Source: Victivallales bacterium
Lineage (GTDB): Bacteria > Verrucomicrobiota > Lentisphaeria > Victivallales > GWF2-38-69
Length of the DNA: 64,000 nt
Direction of reading: 5' to 3'
NCBI GenBank assembly: GCA_965228125.1
Contig: OZ245791.1
Coordinates: 483,894-547,893 of the forward strand
This document shows positions 59,718-64,000 of this stretch, in pieces; within the stretch, counting starts at the first letter, position 1; each line of letters begins with the position of its first letter. Below the pieces are notes generated by a model. That model was not told the DNA's origin and made no database searches. It worked only from the letters and a program-made list of their open reading frames with translations. The position numbers and the translations under genes were made by a program.

Positions 59718-61142
59718 TTAATTCTTTTCGAAAACTAAAGTTTTAATCACGACCGGCAGCACGCTTCCATTCGCAAGTGGATTCCCCACGTCTATATAAT
59801 TGCCGTTATCGACAGAAACACTGTCAATACACACAATATCTTTATTATATCCCAAATCAGTAAAGATTGTCTGCCCCAAAACTTTTGCAATATCGGACTC
59901 GACCAGAACAAAAATCAGGAATGGAGTTTCTTTGTATTCTTTTAGCCCAACAAGTATCTCTTTGCTTAGGCTTTTTATGTACTTAAACGAATGATTGTCT
60001 TCCCCCTTAAAGGCTACGGCAATCTGTTGGAATTTGTCACCAACTTTAAACCAGTCAAGTTTTTTCCTAATCGCTTCTCCGATAAAGCATAAAGCTTCCT
60101 CTTCTCTATTTAACTTCAAAATTGGAATATTTTTTAGAGGGAAAAGATTTTTATTGTAGAAAATAGTGCTGCCGCTTATTTCAGTTGTATGAGAACCAGC
60201 GCCGATTACTGTAGCCCTCATAGTTTCATATGGCTTAAGCACTTTATATTTTTTTACAATCTCGGATTTACTAATCTCTCCTCCGAGGATTACTCCTATG
60301 TCTCCATATTTTAAAATATCTTCATCAGTTCCATATATTAAATCAGCAACCCCTCCAGAAAAAGTAACAACATCAATTTTGCAATCGTCCGATATGCTGT
60401 GATTAGTTACTATAGTTTTAAAAACATCGCTTTTGGGAGTAATATTCAGAGCCATCCCTAGAATTTTTGACATTTCATGGGCTATGCTATAAATGGTCTC
60501 AGTTTTAATCGTTTCTCCCTCTAGAATCTTAAATGAGTTGAATTCGGCAAGTTTCTTGATTTTAGGTGCCACATACAGGACTTTCAGATTTTTATCTAGC
60601 CTGATGAGTCTTCCTCCTATATCGAGACATCCAACATCTATCAATTCTCCATTCTTAAAAACGGAAATGTTAGTCGTTCCGCCGCCAATATCCAAATTAG
60701 CCACGGTGCAGCCCAGCTCATCTGAAATTCTATCAGCTCCGGCTCCTTTCCCAGAAATTATGCTTTCCAAATCAGGCCCGGCCGTGGCCACCACGAAATC
60801 CCCCGCAAATTCGGACAAAAATTTAGCTACATTTTCAGCATTGTCCTTTCTGGAAGTTTCGCCTGTAATTATTACCGCGCCAGTTTTAATGTCATGAGGA
60901 TTAACTTTTAAATCTTTATATTCTTCTGATATTATTTCTGCCAACTGCAGCGCATCTATCCCGCTACTTGAAAGAAGAGGGGTGAAATAAATTTTTCCCC
61001 TCTTCACTATTTTCTTGTCAACAATTTTGATTTTAGGGACATTGAATACAGATGCCGTATTTTCAATCAATAACTCACTGAAAACGATCTGTGTTGTTGA
61101 TGTCCCTACATCTATGCCTACACTGATGATTTCTTCCTGCAT
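59718..61142 (-). CDS. eutA: Ethanolamine ammonia-lyase reactivase
   Basis: [57 protein letters not shown]. Confidence 0.95.
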   Translation of the reverse strand: MQEEIISVGIDVGTSTTQIVFSELLIENTASVFNVPKIKIVDKKIVKRGKIYFTPLLSSSGIDALQLAEIISEEYKDLKVNPHDIKTGAVIITGETSRKDNAENVAKFLSEFAGDFVVATAGPDLESIISGKGAGADRISDELGCTVANLDIGGGTTNISVFKNGELIDVGCLDIGGRLIRLDKNLKVLYVAPKIKKLAEFNSFKILEGETIKTETIYSIAHEMSKILGMALNITPKSDVFKTIVTNHSISDDCKIDVVTFSGGVADLIYGTDEDILKYGDIGVILGGEISKSEIVKKYKVLKPYETMRATVIGAGSHTTEISGSTIFYNKNLFPLKNIPILKLNREEEALCFIGEAIRKKLDWFKVGDKFQQIAVAFKGEDNHSFKYIKSLSKEILVGLKEYKETPFLIFVLVESDIAKVLGQTIFTDLGYNKDIVCIDSVSVDNGNYIDVGNPLANGSVLPVVIKTLVFEKN

Positions 61143-61237
61143 TGTGGTTATATATTTCGCATTATGTTAATAAAAAAACGTTTATCGTATATAGTTCATT
61201 CGTTTCTATTCTGATATTTTGATTTCGTCTAGATACT

Positions 61238-62689
61238 TCATTTTGATTTTTTCCCATCCACCTCATGATAAAAGCACCCGATTCCAGTAATAGCCAGGAA
61301 GACTGCAATGCAATAGTTAAATAAAGCTAAGAACTGCCAGTGCCAGTATTCCGAGGCTGATACTCCAAGCGTCGCCGCCATGAAAACACCAGTAGTTGTC
61401 CAGGGAAGCATGTTTTCCAGCATAGTACCTGTATCTTCAAGCGAACGAGATAAGACTTTTCTTGGAATTCTAAGCAAGTCGAATTTTTCTGCAAAAACAG
61501 AACCAATTATGAAACTGGTAGCAAACTGATTGGATGTCATGGCGTTTGTCACAGCAGTAGTACCGAGTGCGGAAAGTATTGCCACTCTGCGCGTTTTTAC
61601 AAAAGCAAATGTTTTATCCACCACTGTATGAAGTGCATTTATTACATCTAACGAACCTATGAACAAAAATACTATAATACAAATCGTTATTGCATCTATA
61701 AGGTTATAAAGTCCACCCCTGTTTAATATCTTTATCACATTGAGAGGTATCTGATTATATCCTTTTATCATTTCCACGTTGAATCCCTTGCAGAGAGTTA
61801 TTGCCACGTCCGACAGATTAAATCTTTGGAATATCAATGCCAAGATTGCCGCACACATAGAAGAACATAACAGCACCGGCACGGTAGGCTTTTTTGTTAT
61901 CGCTCCATACACAACTATTATCACAGGAGTAAGAAGGAAAATATTGAAACTGAAAATAGCCTGAAAAGCAGCAAGTGTCTGAGTTATAGGCGTGGTGTCT
62001 CCACTCACCAACTTTGGAGCATAAAAAAAACCTAGTATAAAGTAAACAATTCCGGCAAGAACATATGAAGGCATGGTAGTATTCATCATAGATCTTATGT
62101 GATCATATAAGTTCACATTGGTTGCCATTGCCGCAATGTTTGTGGTGTCGGAAAGGGGAGACATTTTATCTCCGAAATATGCGCCGCCCACTATCGCTCC
62201 CGCTGTGATGGCCAGATTTGCATCAATGACTGACGCTATCCCCATAAGTACGACACCTATCGTTCCAGCGGATCCCCATGACGTGCCTGTAAACGTAGAA
62301 AAAATACTTGGAACAATAAATGCAATAATATAAATATATGAAGGATTGACTATCTTTATCCCATAATAAATCATCATAGGAATCGTGCCGCTTACCACCC
62401 AGCTTCCTATTACAATGCCTATTGAGAAAAGAATTAAAATTGCAGGCATGGCCTGAGAAAGTTTCTTAATCATTTTTTCCTGTATCTCTGTCCATGAATA
62501 TCCAAGATATAAAAGCAAAACTACTGTTACTACGGTTGCCAAAAGAAAGATTATTTCCAGAGGAAAACTTTTACCGCCATATATTCTGGGATGTATTATC
62601 AGTCCATATACGAGCAAAAACAGTAACGTCAATACAGGAATCAGGCAGTAAATAAACTTAACTTCTTTTTTTCCTTTATGAGATATCAT
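61238..62689 (-). CDS. nhaC: NhaC family Na+/H+ antiporter or amino-acid/organic-acid transporter
   Basis: SGTIP..IYYG, TGTSWGSAGTIG, GAYFGDKMSPLSDTT, LSRSLEDTGT. Confidence 0.9.
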   Translation of the reverse strand: MISHKGKKEVKFIYCLIPVLTLLFLLVYGLIIHPRIYGGKSFPLEIIFLLATVVTVVLLLYLGYSWTEIQEKMIKKLSQAMPAILILFSIGIVIGSWVVSGTIPMMIYYGIKIVNPSYIYIIAFIVPSIFSTFTGTSWGSAGTIGVVLMGIASVIDANLAITAGAIVGGAYFGDKMSPLSDTTNIAAMATNVNLYDHIRSMMNTTMPSYVLAGIVYFILGFFYAPKLVSGDTTPITQTLAAFQAIFSFNIFLLTPVIIVVYGAITKKPTVPVLLCSSMCAAILALIFQRFNLSDVAITLCKGFNVEMIKGYNQIPLNVIKILNRGGLYNLIDAITICIIVFLFIGSLDVINALHTVVDKTFAFVKTRRVAILSALGTTAVTNAMTSNQFATSFIIGSVFAEKFDLLRIPRKVLSRSLEDTGTMLENMLPWTTTGVFMAATLGVSASEYWHWQFLALFNYCIAVFLAITGIGCFYHEVDGKKSK

Positions 62690-62964
62690 GGATTTCCACC
62701 TTTGAATTTATTAGGAACCGTAGCGGGAAGCGCATATAGCTTTCCAGCTATTCTACTACTTCCAATGTAAGTAGTTTTTAAATAAAGATTTTAGCCAGAC
62801 AATAATAAATATCAACGAAAGAGGATTAACAATGAAACTTTGATAACTTTAATTTATCGATAACAAATCAACCCGTTTTGATAGAAAATCGTCATTTGAA
62901 AACTTTAGATTTTTTGACACAAAGCATCTTTTATTCTGAAAGCCTGTCAGATATATTGAAAACA

Positions 62965-63006
62965 TTAAACATATGATTTAAACTTACATATTAAACAATT
63001 GTTTGA
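62965..63006. promoter_or_regulatory. Two palindromic TetR-type operators
   Basis: TTAAACATATGATTTAA (62965-62981) and TTAAACAATTGTTTGA (62991-63006) directly upstream of tetR. Confidence 0.6.
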
Positions 63007-63038
63007 ATTAAAAGATATTACTACAGTCAGGAAAACCG

Positions 63039-63668
63039 ATGGTGAGCACAAAGACAAAGATACTGACAGCAGCGGCCAAAGAATTTGCCTCGAAAGGGTA
63101 TAACCGGTCAACGATACGCGATATATGCAGGCGTGCCGGAGTAAATGTAGCTTCTATTAACTACCACTTCAGAAGTAAGGAATCCCTCTACAGGGAAATG
63201 TTCGAATTTCTCTTTTTGGAGACCCACGGAGAGAATGTTCTTGACAGTAAATATAGCGAAACTTTTATTGAATGGAAAAATCTTGTTAGAAAATGGATAG
63301 AAAATATCATCCTTGATATCATTAAGGAAACCCCACTAAACAAGTGCAAATGGAAAATATTCGGCAGAGAGATGCAGGATCCGTCTGATATGTTCCCAAA
63401 CATATACGAGACATTCATGAAACCCAGTCTTAATTCGTTAGCCTTTCACCTCAGAAAATCACTTCCGCCAAATACTAGCGATGAAGACATATACATACGT
63501 GTGTTCTCCATAATATCCAACTGTATTTTCTACTTCCATGACAAGGTATTAGTTAATATGGTTTTCCCTAACCAAAAATTCATATCTGAGAACATGGAAA
63601 AAATTATCGATAACATTACTGACATTGCCTGCATCGGGATATGTCCGAAAAAAAAGGATTTTTGCTAA
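63039..63668 (+). CDS. TetR/AcrR family regulator (CecR/YbiH-like)
   Basis: TKTKILTAA..EFA.KGY...TIRDIC..AGVNVASINYHF.SKE.LY. Confidence 0.92.
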   Translation: MVSTKTKILTAAAKEFASKGYNRSTIRDICRRAGVNVASINYHFRSKESLYREMFEFLFLETHGENVLDSKYSETFIEWKNLVRKWIENIILDIIKETPLNKCKWKIFGREMQDPSDMFPNIYETFMKPSLNSLAFHLRKSLPPNTSDEDIYIRVFSIISNCIFYFHDKVLVNMVFPNQKFISENMEKIIDNITDIACIGICPKKKDFC

Positions 63669-63669
63669 C

Positions 63670-64000
63670 ATGAAATTACCTAAATCGCAGCACAACCTTA
63701 AGCCAATTGTTTTAACGCTTATTACCGCATTTCTGTTAACTTCCATGAATGGATGTAGCCCCAAAAAAACAGTAACTAATAGTAAAACGCCCGAAGTGTC
63801 AGTTATTATCGTAAAAAAAGAAAAAACAGTGATATCCACTGAACTGCCGGGACGAACCTCCCCATACCTTATAGCGGAAGTCCGCCCGCAAGTAGGAGGT
63901 ATAGTTCTGCAACGCCTATTCAAGGAAGGAGCAGAAGTAAAAGAAGGAGACATATTATACCAAATCAATCCAGCCCCATATCAGGCTATATTCGACAAAA
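63670..64000 (+). CDS. RND efflux periplasmic adaptor (AcrA/MexA-like lipoprotein), 3'-truncated by window edge; absent from the ORF track
   Basis: Own translation: MKLPKSQHNLKPIVLTLITAFLLTSMNGC...TELPGRTSPYLIAEVRPQVGGIVLQRLFKEGAEVKEGDILYQINPAPYQA. Confidence 0.92.
   Translation, partial: MKLPKSQHNLKPIVLTLITAFLLTSMNGCSPKKTVTNSKTPEVSVIIVKKEKTVISTELPGRTSPYLIAEVRPQVGGIVLQRLFKEGAEVKEGDILYQINPAPYQAIFDK

Noticed and set aside
61143-61237. ANTAR (EutV) dual hairpins or a cobalamin riboswitch before eutA
   Set aside because: The 95-nt AT-rich gap has no paired stems with AxxG hexaloops and no B12 box; the nhaC leader loops do not fit the ANTAR pattern either.

Overview
This is a 64 kb AT-rich bacterial chromosomal segment, mostly housekeeping and metabolic genes. 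The Chlamydia/spirochaete-type V-ATPase, the ParE/ParC type, the OM efflux proteins and HydF suggest an anaerobic diderm, possibly PVC/Lentisphaerota; this is inference, not a taxonomic result. Order of content: the end of a V-type ATPase operon (B,D,I,K), a P-IIIA H+-ATPase, pyrH, DUF969/DUF979 facing cutC-pcp, plsY-YihY, a four-gene dcw remnant (mraZ-rsmH-ftsL-ftsI), an output-less Cache sensor, a C69 peptidase, a DNA-repair radical SAM gene, an orphan hydF, and a secreted protein/TPR-DUF218/TolC operon. Next come a decayed IS1380 with intact ends and a 5-bp target duplication, a COG4705/OB-fold/two-component operon under a Cop/Cus-box-like palindrome, oppABC, parE-parC, an XRE-PAS3 regulator, ALDH-STAS-gap, a denV-like glycosylase, a short asparaginase, glgP, tandem Pho84-like MFS genes and a NahK-like kinase plus epimerase. 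The window ends with eutA-B-C-H plus a HAD lipoprotein, nhaC, and tetR followed by a partial acrA. The strongest candidate for an undescribed system is the shell-less eut operon ending in a PchP-like lipoprotein phosphatase (putative phosphoethanolamine utilisation). The second is the COG4705/OB-fold module, in which one ORF hides a second gene with its own RBS and signal peptide. I saw no tRNA, rRNA or CRISPR array. All calls come from motif recognition by eye; no searches were run.
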